A DNA stretch of 32,000 bases from Erysipelotrichaceae bacterium (GTDB lineage Bacteria; Bacillota_I; Bacilli_A; Erysipelotrichales; Erysipelotrichaceae): contig OY781039.1 of the NCBI GenBank assembly GCA_963676105.1, positions 1,350,001 through 1,382,000 on the forward strand, written 5' to 3'. Positions 31,950 through 32,000 of the stretch are shown here, piece by piece; position 1 is the stretch's first letter; every line of letters starts with the position of its first letter. The notes beneath the pieces were generated by a model, which saw only the letters and a list, made by a program, of their open reading frames with translations, ran no database searches and was not told where the DNA came from. The position numbers and the translations under genes were made by a program.

Positions 31950-32000
31950 GTTATTTCCCCATTTCTAGCATTTCCATATTAAACAAATCAGTATCAGAAT

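Noticed and set aside
1-32000. A search for CRISPR arrays, tRNA/rRNA genes, transposases, integrases, phage structural genes and long inverted or direct repeats.
   Set aside because: I found none by eye. There are no repeat-spacer periodicities, no tRNA-like T-arm (GGTTCGAAT-type) motifs in the intergenic regions, and no recombinase-like ORFs.

Overview
AT-rich chromosomal segment that looks like an anaerobic low-GC Bacillota-type bacterium. The signs are GGAGG-type RBSs, Rho-independent terminators, a T-box leader, comFA-comFC and secA-prfB. UGA is a genuine stop codon here, because prfB uses it in its autoregulatory +1 frameshift site. I cannot place the taxon more precisely without a database search.

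I see no rRNA, tRNA, CRISPR array, transposase or integrase. The window reads as core and accessory chromosome, not a mobile element.

Gene content, left to right:
- membrane PAS-GGDEF diguanylate cyclase
- MATE exporter
- ECF sigma / anti-sigma pair
- rmuC, followed by a stand-alone RelA/SpoT-type HD hydrolase
- a minus-strand trio: two orphan proteins and an ADP-ribosylglycohydrolase
- a run of small membrane or zinc-ribbon proteins, including a 47-aa ORF absent from the ORF track
- NUDIX, ROK and cyclophilin genes
- a nine-gene [FeFe]-hydrogenase operon (13228-20016)
- M24 peptidase
- secA-prfB with two tandem GNAT genes, then csp and comFA-comFC
- a T-box-controlled COG1900 / NIL-ferredoxin / UPF0280 homocysteine-type operon
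- HAD and ChbG/YdjC genes

The best candidate for an undescribed system is the five-gene block at 13721-16042. It holds two bare GHKL ATPases, two paralogous small proteins and a PHP phosphoesterase. It is translationally coupled into the middle of the HydABC-type hydrogenase operon. I interpret it as a partner-switching-like phospho-regulatory module.

Other leads:
- a structured, C-rich candidate sRNA (21091-21178, minus strand) complementary to the leader and SD of the 47-aa micropeptide gene
- a T-box whose specifier loop reads GAUG, giving overlapping Asp and Met codons
- a non-canonical H-cluster L1 motif (TSCSPGW) in HydA
- a Rex-like operator upstream of the hydrogenase operon
- a possible island of orphan 'eraser' or immunity genes (small alarmone hydrolase-like HD protein plus ADP-ribosylglycohydrolase plus acidic orphans)
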